Positions 24,212-37,000 of a stretch of 64,000 bases of DNA are shown here, one piece after another. A model generated the notes under the pieces. It worked only from the letters and a program-made list of their open reading frames with translations, ran no database searches and had not been told where the DNA came from. Each line of letters starts with the position of its first letter. The first letter of the stretch is position 1. Source of the stretch: Pachysolen tannophilus NRRL Y-2460 (taxonomy: Eukaryota); the NCBI GenBank assembly GCA_001661245.1, contig KV454014.1, positions 289,559-353,558 of the forward strand. The letters run 5' to 3'. Both the position numbers and the translations under genes were made by a program.

Positions 24212-25495
24212 TTAACGACCACCTCTTCTTCCTTTTCTAGCAGTTTCTGGGACTTTAAATGGTACTTTTAATGTAGCAATTTTATATGTAGATGCAATAC
24301 TTTTTGAAATACCAAAAGCTTCAGCTTGACTAACTGAACAATTTTTAACAGTACACCCTAAAGCTCTAAATAAACTAACCAATTTACTATGTTTTAAAGA
24401 TAATTCTTGTGCTAATGGTGAAACTTCAACTATAAAATTATCGATATGCAAGATTAAAGACAAGATATAACATAACAATTTATCTTCATGATGTGGATCT
24501 ATTATAAAACTTCTATCTTTTGATCTACCAAATTGTCCAGGTCTTGGGATTGTAAATCTTTCCAATATTCCATCAATTAAAATTTCTGATGGTTCATTTA
24601 AATTTGTAGATAATTTTGATTTATTATTATCTCTTTTATTTGCATAAACACCTAATAATAAAGATAAATAAAATATTAAAGTTAATTTCAATTTTTTATT
24701 TGATGATGAATCATTAATAATTTGTCCTAAACGTTTATTTAAATATTGAGATTTCCCATATGGTAATATTTCTAAAATTTTTTTTAAATCTGATTCTTTT
24801 AAAATTGAATCAATACGTATAATTGAAAATTCTTTCTTTGGTATTATATTATGAATTGGATAAATATCTTCAACATTTTTAGCATCCAGGTTATATATAG
24901 GAATTGGTCTTTCTTTTTCAACTTCTTTATTTAAATCTTCCTTTGCAGGTAGTTTTTCAGTTGTTGATTTAATTGAATCAATTATATCTAATTCATTTTC
25001 TTCTAATTTTTCAGAATCAATTTTATTTTTTTCTAAATCATTAATCAGTTTCTTTGCTCTTTTAGTACCAAATTCTTCACCTAATAAATTTCTTTTAATA
25101 TTATTTTTAACATTTTGATGTTTAATTTTTGGACCTATTAATTTTCTCTTTCTCTTTGATGTTACAGTAGATAATAATAAAGGTGATTTATCAAATAATT
25201 CAAGTGTCTTCCTTGTTGGATCATACAAAGCAACACAATACTGATTCATATCATCACTAGCTAAACTATTACCATTATATTCCAAATGATCATTTTCACC
25301 ATGTAATATAAATTCATTATTATTATTTTGAGAATGTTTCTTATTACGATAAACTTTAAAATTTGTATTTTCAGGAATATTTAATCCATTAAAAAAACTT
25401 CCAACAACAAAATTAGATGGATCTTCAGAGTATGAAGCCACTTTCAATGTAGATACATTATCTTGACCACCACTATTACTCTTTGTCATATCCAA
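24212..25495 (-). CDS. RPA49: RNA polymerase I subunit A49
   Basis: LGEEFGTKRAKK, GQFGRSKDRSFIIDP, YKIATLKVPFK, C-terminal RGGR. Confidence 0.93.
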   Translation of the reverse strand: MDMTKSNSGGQDNVSTLKVASYSEDPSNFVVGSFFNGLNIPENTNFKVYRNKKHSQNNNNEFILHGENDHLEYNGNSLASDDMNQYCVALYDPTRKTLELFDKSPLLLSTVTSKRKRKLIGPKIKHQNVKNNIKRNLLGEEFGTKRAKKLINDLEKNKIDSEKLEENELDIIDSIKSTTEKLPAKEDLNKEVEKERPIPIYNLDAKNVEDIYPIHNIIPKKEFSIIRIDSILKESDLKKILEILPYGKSQYLNKRLGQIINDSSSNKKLKLTLIFYLSLLLGVYANKRDNNKSKLSTNLNEPSEILIDGILERFTIPRPGQFGRSKDRSFIIDPHHEDKLLCYILSLILHIDNFIVEVSPLAQELSLKHSKLVSLFRALGCTVKNCSVSQAEAFGISKSIASTYKIATLKVPFKVPETARKGRRGGR

Positions 25496-25719
25496 CTTTT
25501 TCCAACTTTTTCCAACTCCTTCTTCAAGAATTAATTCAATAAAACAAGTTCTTTATAATAATAATTATATCCGCCAAATTTTTTTCTTTATTTTATTTCG
25601 GTACTAAAGAAAAAGAAGAAATAAAAATTTTTTTTCTCTTTATCACGTGATCATTAAAATTGCCAAAAAGGGAAATAAGTGTGATTACGTAATTGGTATT
25701 TTATTCATCATTAAAAACC

Positions 25720-25720
25720 T

Positions 25721-25769
<49 letters not shown>

Positions 25770-25782
25770 TGATGATGATGAT
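25720..25782. repeat. (ACAACG)n microsatellite followed by (GAT)n
   Basis: About 8 ACAACG units visible. Confidence 0.9.
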
Positions 25783-27577
25783 TAGAGATATTTCTTGGTA
25801 TGGGGGATACAGAACAAGATGACATTGTTTTTTATGTATTTGCAAGTGTATCTTAGAGTATTTCATTTCTTTGCGAGTTACTAGTATGTTTAATTACAAT
25901 TAGCATAAAGTCTTTATGTATGATATAGTTTAATCGATTCCATAATTCTGAGTATAATGGTATAAGATTTAATGAAGTAGAAAGATATATTTCCTGTTTC
26001 TCGAGAACATTGTATCATTATGGGCAAGTTTTTTCCTTCTTTTCTAATTAGTATTTGAAACTAGATGCGCATCGAAGGTTTTAAATCCCATCGTGCATAA
26101 TCTTGCCTCTCTCAAGATTCTATTCAAAGATTGAATAATAATTCGCAACGGTTTTATATAGAAATATAATCAGTATAGTATAACTAGAATTGAAGTGGGA
26201 GAAGTCAGTATATAGTGATTTTTTTCACAAATGTTTTAGGTTTTATAAACTCTTCTAGTTTTTTTTTTTCTTAAAAAAAAAACAGTTTATTCATATAGGA
26301 GATTCTCTATTTAATTTTTCTTCTCATATATACCATACCATCATGAGGAATTAGAGAAGTCAAAAAAAAAAAAAAAAAAAAAAAAAAGAAACAAATCTCA
26401 TAATAAGCGAAAAATATTATAAATAAAGAGAGAAAAGGTAAAATTTATTGTTTTTGAAGAAGATAACCATTATTGTTTTAAACCGTTTTAACTGATTACA
26501 TTACTATATTAAGAACTTAACTGTTAACTCATCTACAGCCCTCAAACAAAGTAAAAAAAAAAAAAAAAGTAAATAAAAAAATAAAAGGGCGTTCTGCTTA
26601 ATTTTCCCGGCGGAAAAAAATTGAAAATAATTTTCTGTCATTTTAGTAAAAGATCTTTTTAAGAAACATTTGGTAATAGTAGCAGAGGATAAACGGAAGA
26701 AAGAGAAAAAAAAAGAAAAAAGAAAAAAGTTAACGGATCCGTCATCGCATTTATACGCAACCAAAATAAAAACAAAATAAAATAAAAGAAAGTCGTGCGC
26801 GATGGATACCCCAGAAATACTATTTACAGCTAGGCAATATAGCACATAATAGTGTAATATAACATAGTACAAAGACGAAAAACATTACTATAGTAGCTTA
26901 CTACTGACTATATATTAATTATTATATAACCAATATATACTCAATAACATAACCTAAACACAATTAAAGAAAGCCAAAAAAAAAAACTATTTGCTTCTAT
27001 TTGATTTAAATCTTTTTTTCTTTTAAAAATTTAACTAACTTAATTTATTACTATTCTCTTTTTGTAGCATCAGCAAATCAAGTTTTTTACGTTTGAAATC
27101 AATACGGTCGAAAATGCATCCCGGCCGAATTTTTTTTCGGGGCCAACGATGAGTTTCGGACAGTCTCGGTATTACTATATAGTTAACTATATACATTTAA
27201 ATGAAGAAAAATAAAGAAAACTAAATTGTTTTAATAGGAAGAATAAAGAACAAAGGATTTTATTATTATTAAAATTATTATTTTATATTTTATATATTTT
27301 ATATTTTATATTTTATTTAAATTTAACTAATTATTTAATTAATTGATTTAATCAATAAGAATAATATTTTAAATAAGAGCGGTTCTTGAAAGGAAAATAT
27401 TTATTTATTTTTTTTTTTGTAGTCTTTTTTTTTATATATATATATATATATAATTATAAGTAATTATTATTTATTGGGGAAAAGAAAAAGAAAAATAAAA
27501 AAGGTTAATATATATATATATATATAATTATAGATATATAATAGACATTGAATTGCAAAAAAACAAAACAAAAAAAA

Positions 27578-30500
27578 ATGCTTAGAGCTTTCAAGAGTGC
27601 GATTCCACGCGCTAGAGTTATTCAAGCTCAAGTTTATAATAAAAGAGCTATTATTTCGAAAAATGTTCTTCGAGCTTATGCAACAAGTCCAGATAGTTTT
27701 TTACAAACAAATAATGCAAATTATATAGATGAGATGTATGAAGCTTGGAAACAAGATCCAAGTTCAGTTCATGTTTCATGGAATGCTTATTTTAAAAATA
27801 TGGACAATGGTGTTGCACCTTCAAAAGCATTTGTTGCACCTCCAAATTTGGTTCCAACTCCAGAAGCTGGAATTCCAGGATTAATGACTGAAGGTGCTAA
27901 TTATTCCGATGATATTATGATACATTTGAAAACACAGTTGTTGGTTAGAGCATATCAAGTTAGAGGTCATCAAAAGGCCAAAATTGATCCTTTAGGTATT
28001 GCATTTGGTGATGATAAAAGTAAACCAATTCCAAAAGAATTAACTTTAGAATATTATGGTTTTACTGCAGAAGATTTAGAAAAAGAAATTGAATTAGGTC
28101 CAGGTATTTTATCAAGATTTTCAACATCAAATAAAAATACTTTAAAATTAAAAGATATTATTGCTAGTTGTGAAAAAATTTATTGTTCAACTTTAGGTAT
28201 TGAATATACTCATATTCCTTCAAGAGAAAAATGTGATTGGATAAGAGAAAGAATTGAAATTCCAACTCAACATAAATATTCTGTTGATGAAAAAAGACAA
28301 ATTTTAGATAGATTAATTTGGGCTTCTTCTTTTGAAAATTTTCTTTCAACAAAATTCCCAAATGATAAAAGATTTGGTTTAGAAGGTGCAGAATCAGTTG
28401 TACCAGGTATGAAAGCATTAATTGATCGTGCTGTTGAATTTGGTGTTGAAGATATTGTTATTGGTATGGCTCATAGAGGTCGTCTTAATATGTTATCAAA
28501 TGTTGTTAGAAAACCAAATGAATCAATTTTTTCAGAATTTACAGGTTCAAAAGAATTTGATGAAGGTTCAGGTGATGTTAAATATCATTTAGGTATGAAT
28601 TATGAACGTCCAACTACTTCTGGTAAACATGTAAATTTATCCCTTGTTGCTAATCCATCACATTTAGAAGCTGAAGATCCAGTTGTATTAGGTAGAACTC
28701 GTGCTATTCAACATTTTAAAAATGATATTGGTGATTTCCAAAAAGCAATTGGTATCTTGGTCCATGGTGATTCAGCTTTTGCTGCACAAGGTGTTGTTTA
28801 TGAAACAATGGGATTCACTGCATTACCTGCTTATTCTACAGGTGGTACTGTTCATGTTATCATCAATAATCAAATTGGTTTCACTACAGATCCACGTTTT
28901 GCAAGATCAACTCCATACCCATCAGATATTGCTAAAGCCATCAATGCTCCAATCTTCCATGTTAATGCAGATGATATGGAAATGGTTACTTTTATTTTCC
29001 AATTAGCTGCTGAATATAGAGCAACATTCCATTCTGATGTTATTGTTGATGTTGTTGGTTACCGTAAACATGGTCACAATGAAACTGATCAACCTTCTTT
29101 TACACAACCATTAATGTACAGTAAGATTGCAAATAAAAAACCAATCTTGGATGTTTATGTTGATAAATTATTAAAAGAAGGTTCATTTACAAATGAAGAT
29201 ATTGATGAACATAAAAAATGGGTTTGGAATACTTTAGAAGAACAATTTTCAAAACGTACTGAATATAAAGCTACTTCAAGGGAATGGTTAACTACACCAT
29301 GGGAAGGTTTTAAATCACCAAAGGAATTAGCAACTGAAGTTTTACCACATTTACCAACTGCTGTCGATGAATCAATTTTGAAAAAAATTGGTAGTACTAT
29401 TTCTTCATGGCCAGAAGGTTTTGAAATTCATCGTAATTTAAAACGTATTTTAGGTACAAGAAAAAAGACAATTGAAACTGGTGAAGGTATTGATTGGGCT
29501 ACAGGCGAAGCTTTAGCATTTGGTTCTTTAGTATTAGAAGGTCAACATGTTAGAGTTTCAGGTCAAGATGTTGAAAGAGGTACTTTTTCACAACGTCATG
29601 CTGTATTACATGATCAAAAATCAGAAAATACTTATATTCCATTAAAACATCTTAGTGAAAATCAAGCAGATTTTGCAATTTCAAATTCATCACTTTCTGA
29701 ATATGGTGTTATGGGTTTTGAATATGGTTATTCATTAACTTCTCCAGATGCTTTAATTCAATGGGAAGCTCAATTTGGTGATTTTGCCAATACTGCTCAA
29801 GTTATTATTGATCAATTTATTGCATCAGGTGAAAGTAAATGGAAGCAACGTTCAGGTCTTGTTTTATCATTACCACATGGTTATGATGGTCAAGGTCCAG
29901 AACATTCTTCTGCACGTATAGAACGTTATTTACAATTGACAAATGAAGATCCACGTTTCTTCCCAAGTCCAGATAAACTTGAGCGTCAACATCAAGATTG
30001 TAACTTCCAAGCTGCATATCCAACCACACCTTCAAATCTTTTCCATTTATTGAGACGTCAACAACATCGTCAATTTAGGAAACCATTAGTTTTATTTTTT
30101 TCCAAATCATTATTACGTCATCCATTAGCTCGTTCTTCTTTATCTGAATTTACTGGAGATTCTCATTTCCAATGGATTATTGAAGATGTTGAATTGGGTA
30201 AATCAATTAATGAAAAAGCTGGTATTAAACGTTTAATTATTCAAAGTGGTCAAGTATATACTGCTTTACATAAGAAACGTCAAGATCTTGGTGATAAAGA
30301 AACTGCATTACTTAAAATTGAACAATTACATCCATTCCCATTTGCTCAATTAAGAGATGCTATAAACTCTTATCCAAACTTGCAAGATATTGTCTGGTGT
30401 CAAGAAGAACCATTGAATCTGGGTGCTTATACTTTTGTAGCTCCAAGATTAAGAACAGTATTAGCTCAAACTTCTTACAAAGATCTTGGTTTCCGTTATG

Positions 30501-30601
30501 CAGGTAGAGATCCAAGTGCTTCTGTTGCAGCAGGAACTAAGTCCATGCATTTAGCTCAAGAAGAAGCTTTCTTACAAGATGCTTTTCAAGCGAGTAATTA
30601 G
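27578..30601 (+). CDS. KGD1: 2-oxoglutarate dehydrogenase E1, mitochondrial
   Basis: [59 protein letters not shown]; mitochondrial presequence. Confidence 0.98.
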   Translation: MLRAFKSAIPRARVIQAQVYNKRAIISKNVLRAYATSPDSFLQTNNANYIDEMYEAWKQDPSSVHVSWNAYFKNMDNGVAPSKAFVAPPNLVPTPEAGIPGLMTEGANYSDDIMIHLKTQLLVRAYQVRGHQKAKIDPLGIAFGDDKSKPIPKELTLEYYGFTAEDLEKEIELGPGILSRFSTSNKNTLKLKDIIASCEKIYCSTLGIEYTHIPSREKCDWIRERIEIPTQHKYSVDEKRQILDRLIWASSFENFLSTKFPNDKRFGLEGAESVVPGMKALIDRAVEFGVEDIVIGMAHRGRLNMLSNVVRKPNESIFSEFTGSKEFDEGSGDVKYHLGMNYERPTTSGKHVNLSLVANPSHLEAEDPVVLGRTRAIQHFKNDIGDFQKAIGILVHGDSAFAAQGVVYETMGFTALPAYSTGGTVHVIINNQIGFTTDPRFARSTPYPSDIAKAINAPIFHVNADDMEMVTFIFQLAAEYRATFHSDVIVDVVGYRKHGHNETDQPSFTQPLMYSKIANKKPILDVYVDKLLKEGSFTNEDIDEHKKWVWNTLEEQFSKRTEYKATSREWLTTPWEGFKSPKELATEVLPHLPTAVDESILKKIGSTISSWPEGFEIHRNLKRILGTRKKTIETGEGIDWATGEALAFGSLVLEGQHVRVSGQDVERGTFSQRHAVLHDQKSENTYIPLKHLSENQADFAISNSSLSEYGVMGFEYGYSLTSPDALIQWEAQFGDFANTAQVIIDQFIASGESKWKQRSGLVLSLPHGYDGQGPEHSSARIERYLQLTNEDPRFFPSPDKLERQHQDCNFQAAYPTTPSNLFHLLRRQQHRQFRKPLVLFFSKSLLRHPLARSSLSEFTGDSHFQWIIEDVELGKSINEKAGIKRLIIQSGQVYTALHKKRQDLGDKETALLKIEQLHPFPFAQLRDAINSYPNLQDIVWCQEEPLNLGAYTFVAPRLRTVLAQTSYKDLGFRYAGRDPSASVAAGTKSMHLAQEEAFLQDAFQASN

Positions 30602-31216
30602 AAACTCCCATCCAATAACTAATAAACAAGAACTGAAATCTTCTTTAAAACCAGAAGAATACAATCAATTACACCAATCAACCTCAAACATTAATAGATT
30701 CGAAAAAAAGGAAGACAAGGATAAAACCAAGAAGCAGAAAGGATGGGGGTGGTTTAATAAATTCTTTTAAGTGTTTATCCAAGTAATTTTATGTTTTTAT
30801 TTTTATTTTATTTTTATTTTATTTTATTTTTTTTTGTTTTGTTTTTGTTGTTCTGTGAGATTTTCATAAATTATCATTATTATTATTATTATTATTTTTT
30901 TTTTTTAATGTTGACTCATAATATTTCACATTTAAGTTTACGAAGTATCTTTTTATTTATATATTTATACACTTTTACATATATATTGATTACCATTGGC
31001 TTTATAATCTTCATTTAAGATCTCCATTTTCATCTCCATTTCGATTTCCTTCTCCACCAAAATCTTTTTCTCCGGCTAAAATCTGGGGCGGCTGAAAAAG
31101 AAATTTTTTTTGTTCTGATAAAAACGGGGCTTTCGCTGATTCATACAGAAAGTGAAAAATTTTTGATTCAGAACGGCCCACCAGACTATGAGTATGAGAA
31201 AGAAGAAGAAGTCATA

Positions 31217-31264
<48 letters not shown>

Positions 31265-31301
31265 TATAAGCTTTCCGAGAAGTATAGGTATCCTTTCATA
31301 A

Positions 31302-32285
31302 ATGGCTTCATCTGTTCCAGGACCAAGACCGTTACCAGAGTCTAGATATGATTTAACAACTTATTGGGGTAGGGTTAAACATTGTGTGGGTATTTCTGAC
31401 CCCACCATGTTGTTAAATACATCAAAAGATGTTGAAAAAGCCAAGTTTTTAATAGGAGAATATAAGAATGGGAAGATAAAAGAGATGAGTCCTGAGTTGT
31501 GGAGGGCTAAGAGGGTTTTGGATTCAACAGTTCACCCGGATACTGGAGAAACTGTTTTTCTTCCATTTAGAATGTCTTCTTGTGTATTAAGTAATTTAGT
31601 TGTTACCGCTGGAATGTTAACTCCAAATATGGGTCATATGGGGACTTTATTTTGGCAAATTGCAAACCAATCTTTAAATGTTGCTGTGAATACTGCAAAC
31701 GCGAATAAATCTCATCCGATGACTACTCAACAGTTGATTACCAATTATGTCTTGGCCGTTACTGCTTCATGTTCAGTAGCTTTAGGTTTAAATGCTACTG
31801 TACCAAAATTGAAATCTTTAGGTCATAATACAAGAATGATTTTGGGAAGATTGGTACCATTTGCCGCAGTGGTGAGTGCTGGGATTGTTAATGTATTTTT
31901 GATGAGAGGTGAGGAAATTAGGAAAGGTATTACTGTATATGATAAAGATGGTAATGAAGTTGGTTTATCGAAAAAAGCTGCTTTTAATGCTGTAGCAGAA
32001 ACAGCTCTGTCAAGAATCATTAATGCAACTCCAATAATGGTTTTACCACCATTGATTTTAGTCAGATTACAAAAAGGTTTCTTAAAAGGTAAGAGTCTTG
32101 GAATTCAAACATTGGCAAATATTGGATTAATTTTTACAACATCATTAGTAGCATTACCATTTGCATTGGCAGCATTTCCTCAAAGAACTACAATGCATGT
32201 TAGTAAATTAGAAAAAGAATTACAGAATAGAAAAGATAAGAATGGTAATTTAATTACATCAGTTGAATTTAATAGAGGAATTTAA
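31302..32285 (+). CDS. FSF1: Fungal sideroflexin
   Basis: RYDLTTYWGRV, HPDTGETVFLPFRMS, ANQSLNVAVN, C-terminal FNRGI. Confidence 0.95.
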   Translation: MASSVPGPRPLPESRYDLTTYWGRVKHCVGISDPTMLLNTSKDVEKAKFLIGEYKNGKIKEMSPELWRAKRVLDSTVHPDTGETVFLPFRMSSCVLSNLVVTAGMLTPNMGHMGTLFWQIANQSLNVAVNTANANKSHPMTTQQLITNYVLAVTASCSVALGLNATVPKLKSLGHNTRMILGRLVPFAAVVSAGIVNVFLMRGEEIRKGITVYDKDGNEVGLSKKAAFNAVAETALSRIINATPIMVLPPLILVRLQKGFLKGKSLGIQTLANIGLIFTTSLVALPFALAAFPQRTTMHVSKLEKELQNRKDKNGNLITSVEFNRGI

Positions 32286-32385
32286 AGATTTTTTTTTTTT
32301 TTTCAATAAAAGCTAATTATAAATAATATATAGAATTGTAATATTTGTTGTAATAATAATTAAAAATTGAAAATAAAAATCAAAT

Positions 32386-33726
32386 TTAAATTAAATTAAT
32401 TTCCATTCTTTTTTTATTTAATTGGAAACTTTCTGGAATTCCTGTTTCAGAAATGGTTTTATTATGACAAATACATTCTGCAATTGCTTTAGCACAAAGT
32501 AAGACTCTAGGCATACCATGACCATGAAATCCAGCAATTATATATTTATTTTTCTCTGTTAAACTTTCTCCAACATAAGGTAAAGTATCATTTGAAAATC
32601 CCATGATTCCAGACCAAGAATAATCAATTTTAGTCTTATAATTTTGCCAAGTATAAAATTTTTCCAGCATATAATTGTTAAAATATTTTTCAGTATTTTC
32701 GAAACCAATGCTATCATCTACAACATCAGAATAATTTGGGTTAAATGGATAAAGATACTTATCACCACCTCCAACAATAACACTACCATCAGGTCTATTG
32801 ATCAAATAGTCATAATAAGAACCATCTCTAAGAACATATGTATTTGGTAAATGAGGTGGTAATCGTGACTCTGAATCATCTCGAACAATATGTACAACTG
32901 TACCTTTGGTTGGAATGATCTTATCATCAAATTCAGGTGCAAGAGCTTTCGTATAGGCATTAGTAGCTAAAACCACTTTTGAAGTAATAACATCTCCACG
33001 ATTAGTCTTGATTAACCATTTACCATCACCTTCACCGTCGGGTAATTGTTCAATCTTGGTAACTGGAGTATTTGCCTGTAAATTCAAACCCAACTCAAGA
33101 CATTTCTTCAATAATCCAATTACAAGTTTATATGGCCAAATAGAACATGCAGGATAAGTTATACAACAATCAATACCTTCACATTTTGATACAATTGCTG
33201 CTTTTGATCCAAGTATTAATTGAACTAAATTCTTATCTTTAACCCATGGATTTTTCTGCATAGCATAGTAATTTTCTTCAATTTGATGATTATTACTATA
33301 ATCAACTTCACATGCTCTAGTAAGAACATAATCACAATCAATTCCTTCAGATTCAACAATTGACTTCATCTCTTCAATATGTGCAGCTTCAAAATTAATA
33401 ATCTCAGCTGCCTCTCTATAACCATATTTTTCAACAAATTCCAAATATTGAGAATAATAATCTGGCTTAAGATGTCCTCCATTTCTTCCAGTAGCACCTG
33501 AACAAATCGACCTAGCTTCTAAAAGTAATATCTTTGGCGCAAAAGGATTATCTTTTAACGCAAAATATGAAGTACTAGAACCAGCATAACCACCTCCAAT
33601 AACAACAACATCAACTTCTTCAGGTAACTCAGAACTAGACCTAAAATTATGTATTTCACTTGGCTCAGATAACCAAAACGGATTTGTTGGATTTTCTACT
33701 GGAAAATACAACTTCTCTTTACTCAT
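32386..33726 (-). CDS. FAD-dependent oxidoreductase, DAO/PuuB-like family
   Basis: VVIGGGYAG dinucleotide-binding motif, CSGATGRNGGH, LATNAYT, WSGIMG, AGFHGHGMP. Confidence 0.88.
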   Translation of the reverse strand: MSKEKLYFPVENPTNPFWLSEPSEIHNFRSSSELPEEVDVVVIGGGYAGSSTSYFALKDNPFAPKILLLEARSICSGATGRNGGHLKPDYYSQYLEFVEKYGYREAAEIINFEAAHIEEMKSIVESEGIDCDYVLTRACEVDYSNNHQIEENYYAMQKNPWVKDKNLVQLILGSKAAIVSKCEGIDCCITYPACSIWPYKLVIGLLKKCLELGLNLQANTPVTKIEQLPDGEGDGKWLIKTNRGDVITSKVVLATNAYTKALAPEFDDKIIPTKGTVVHIVRDDSESRLPPHLPNTYVLRDGSYYDYLINRPDGSVIVGGGDKYLYPFNPNYSDVVDDSIGFENTEKYFNNYMLEKFYTWQNYKTKIDYSWSGIMGFSNDTLPYVGESLTEKNKYIIAGFHGHGMPRVLLCAKAIAECICHNKTISETGIPESFQLNKKRMEINLI

Positions 33727-34060
33727 TTTTATCAACAATTACAAATTACAACTATTTCAACAAACAATCTTTCCAACACATCAACACATCAATAATACCT
33801 ACGCCCTTATATACCTTTTACCAAATGAAATTCTTCAATTCACAAGTTCCAATATCCATCCATTTAGCGTCTTTTGCGCTTCCAATTATCTCAGTCGGCA
33901 AAAGCTGATTAGATAACAACAAAGACCAATGCGCGCTTTTAATTGACCGCAAACCGTTTGTAAAGGGCGGTTATAGTTGATGATCAATTTAATTATATAA
34001 TATATATCAATATATCAATATATGTTAACTATCTTGTATCTTTTGGTCATTTAATTGGTG

Positions 34061-37000
34061 ATGATGTTGTTGAGGGTGATTTTAGGCTTGTTGGTGACTA
34101 GGTTTGTTGTTGTATTGGCTTTATTTGAAGTAGCGGATATCACGCCAATTCATCAAGAAGGGTATTGTGCTTTATATGGTAGTTGCGGTAAGAAGAGTTT
34201 GTTTGGTTCGGAGTTACCATGTGCATCTAATGTTGAGGCGGTTGAACCTAGTATGAAGGAATTGGATTTATTGAAGGAGATTTGTGGTTGGGATAATGTT
34301 GATAAAGTATGTTGTAATGAAAATCAGTTGGTTGATTTAAAATCAAATTTACAAAAAGTTAATCCTTTAATATCTTCATGTCCTGCTTGTAAAGAGAATT
34401 TTTATCAATTTTTCTGTCACTTCACTTGTTCATCTAACCAATCATTATTTGTTAATGTTACCGAGACTATGATTTCTCCAATAACTCAGAAAGAGATTGT
34501 TACTGAATTGGATGAATTTGTTAATGATGATTATGTTTCTGGGTTTTTCAATTCTTGTAAAAATATCAAATTTTCAGCATCAAATGGATACGCTATGGAT
34601 TTAATTGGTGGAGGTGCTAAGACTTATAAAGAGTTTTTAAAATTCTTGGGAGATGAAAAACCATTATTAGGTGGGTCACCTTTCCAAATAAATTATAAAT
34701 ATGAGAATGATGGTATTGAAGATAATACAATTAGTCCTATAAATTTTACTAGTTATGCTTGTAATGATACAGACTATAAGTGTGCATGTTCAGATTGTCA
34801 AAATTCATGTCCAGTTTTACCACTGGCAAGTGTTCATAAACATTGTACAGTTGGAATTATGCCATGTTTTTCATTTAGTATTATAATGATCTATATACTG
34901 TTAATATCTGGTGGATTAGCCTTTTACCTAAAGAGAAATAGTAAAAAATATTTATTTGCCAACCCATTGTTGGTTACTGATGAATTAGGTACAGCTGATG
35001 ATGATGACGATGATGATGATGTTAATTTTTTAAATGATGGATCACTGGTATTGAGTTCATACCTGTTAAATGATTACTTGGAAAGTTGTTTTTGTAAATT
35101 AGGTCTATATTGTGCATTATACCCAGCAACAATAATAGCAACTTCATTGATAATAGTTACTGCATTATCATCTCTTATGTTTTTAATCAAGTTGGAGAAA
35201 AATCCAATTAACTTATGGGTCAGTTCAGATGCAGAATCATTTAAACAAAAGCAAATGTTTGACAAAAATTTTGGACCTTTCTATAGAAGTGAACAAGTCT
35301 TCATTGTTGATGATTCACCAAATAATGATAATAATGCTGGATCAATATTGGACAATTATAGTACTTTAAAATGGTGGTTTGAAAAAGAAAATGAAATAAA
35401 AAATTTAGCATACACAAACAATAGAACTGGAACAATAACAACTCTTGATGATATTTGTTTTAGGCCAATGGAAGATTCATCTTGTGTAATTGAATCTTTT
35501 ACTCAATATTTTCAAGGAGATATCAATTTATTTCCAGAATCTCAATATAAACAAAAATTGAAAAATTGCATTGATTCTCCAGTAAATTGTCTTCCAGATT
35601 TCCAACAGCCATTGAAAAAAGAACTATTATTTGGTGGTTACGAAGATGATGATCTGTTAACATCAAAGGCAATAGTGATCACTTTTGTTATAAATAACAG
35701 TAATGAAGAAGACTCGGATTATATGGAAAACGTTTCCAATTGGGAAAAAATTTTAGAAGATTATTTACTTAACTTGCAAAATATAACACTAAATGATAAT
35801 TCCAAAAATATAAGGTTAAGTTTCAATACTGAAATTTCATTGGAAAAAGAATTGAATAAATCAACAAATACAGATATTAAAATCATTGTAATTTCATATT
35901 TAGTGATGTTTGCATATGCTTCATTAGCATTAGGTGGGACTATAACTTTTTTCAATGTTCAAACTTTGATAACAACTAAGTTTTCATTAGGACTTATTGG
36001 TATATTTGTAGTATTATTGTCTGTAACATCATCAGCAGGTTTGTGTGCATTGTTTGGAGTTAAGTCAACCTTGATTATTGCAGAGGTGATCCCATTTTTG
36101 ATTCTAGCCATTGGTGTTGATAATATCTACTTAATAACACATGAATTACAAAGATTTAATAAAAATCTGTCGGATAACTATGAATCCATACCTGAAAGAA
36201 TTGCAAAGACTTTAGGTAAAATTGGACCAAGTATAATGATAAGTAGTTTATCACAATTTCTGTGTTTTATGTTGGCCACTTTTGTTTCCATGCCTGCTGT
36301 TAAGAATTTTGCAAAATATTCTGCTGGTGCCGTAGTTATCAATACTGCGTTACAATTGACTGCTTTTGTTTCTTTATTGTCATTAGACCAAAAAAGAACA
36401 GAGAACAATAGATTAGATTGTTTCCCTTGTGTTAAAGCTGATGGTAGGATTCTGCTTCCAAGTGAAAATAGAAATGGAACAGATACAATTCTATCAAGAT
36501 CGATTATTCCAGAATTGTTAGAAAATAATAAAAATACAAGCGGTAATTTTTTAACAAAGTTTATTAAGAATTATTATGCTCCTTTCATATTACAGAAAAA
36601 GGCTAAAAAATTCATTTTAGGAATCTTCTTTATATGGTTTGGAACATCATTGACTTTATTACCAGGTATAAAATTCGGTTTAGATCAAAGAATTGCGCTT
36701 CCAAATGATTCCTACTTAATTGATTATTTTAACGATGTTTATCGTTATTTGAATGTTGGACCCCCAGTATATTTTGTTGTAGATGATTTGAATGTAACAT
36801 CAAGAGAAAATCAGCAAAAAATATGTGGTAAATTTCCCTCTTGTAATGAATTTTCATTGCTAAACGTTTTAGAAGAAGAGACAAAAAGACCAAATTCAAG
36901 TTTTATTATTGAACCACCATCTTCTTGGTTGGATGACTTTCTTCTTTGGTTAAATCCAGAGTTGGATCAATGTTGCAAATTTAAGAAAAATACGAATGAA

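Noticed and set aside
25720..25782. Repeat array as CRISPR or telomeric repeat
   Set aside because: Simple hexamer microsatellite with no spacers, in a eukaryotic internal locus
25760..26400. Possible box C/D snoRNA or solo LTR in the long RPA49-KGD1 intergenic region
   Set aside because: ATGATGA arises from a GAT repeat; no convincing terminal stem, guide sequence, TG...CA boundaries or target duplication
30599..30623. In-frame stop readthrough of KGD1
   Set aside because: TAG AAA is not a leaky context and would add only KLPSNN, with no targeting signal
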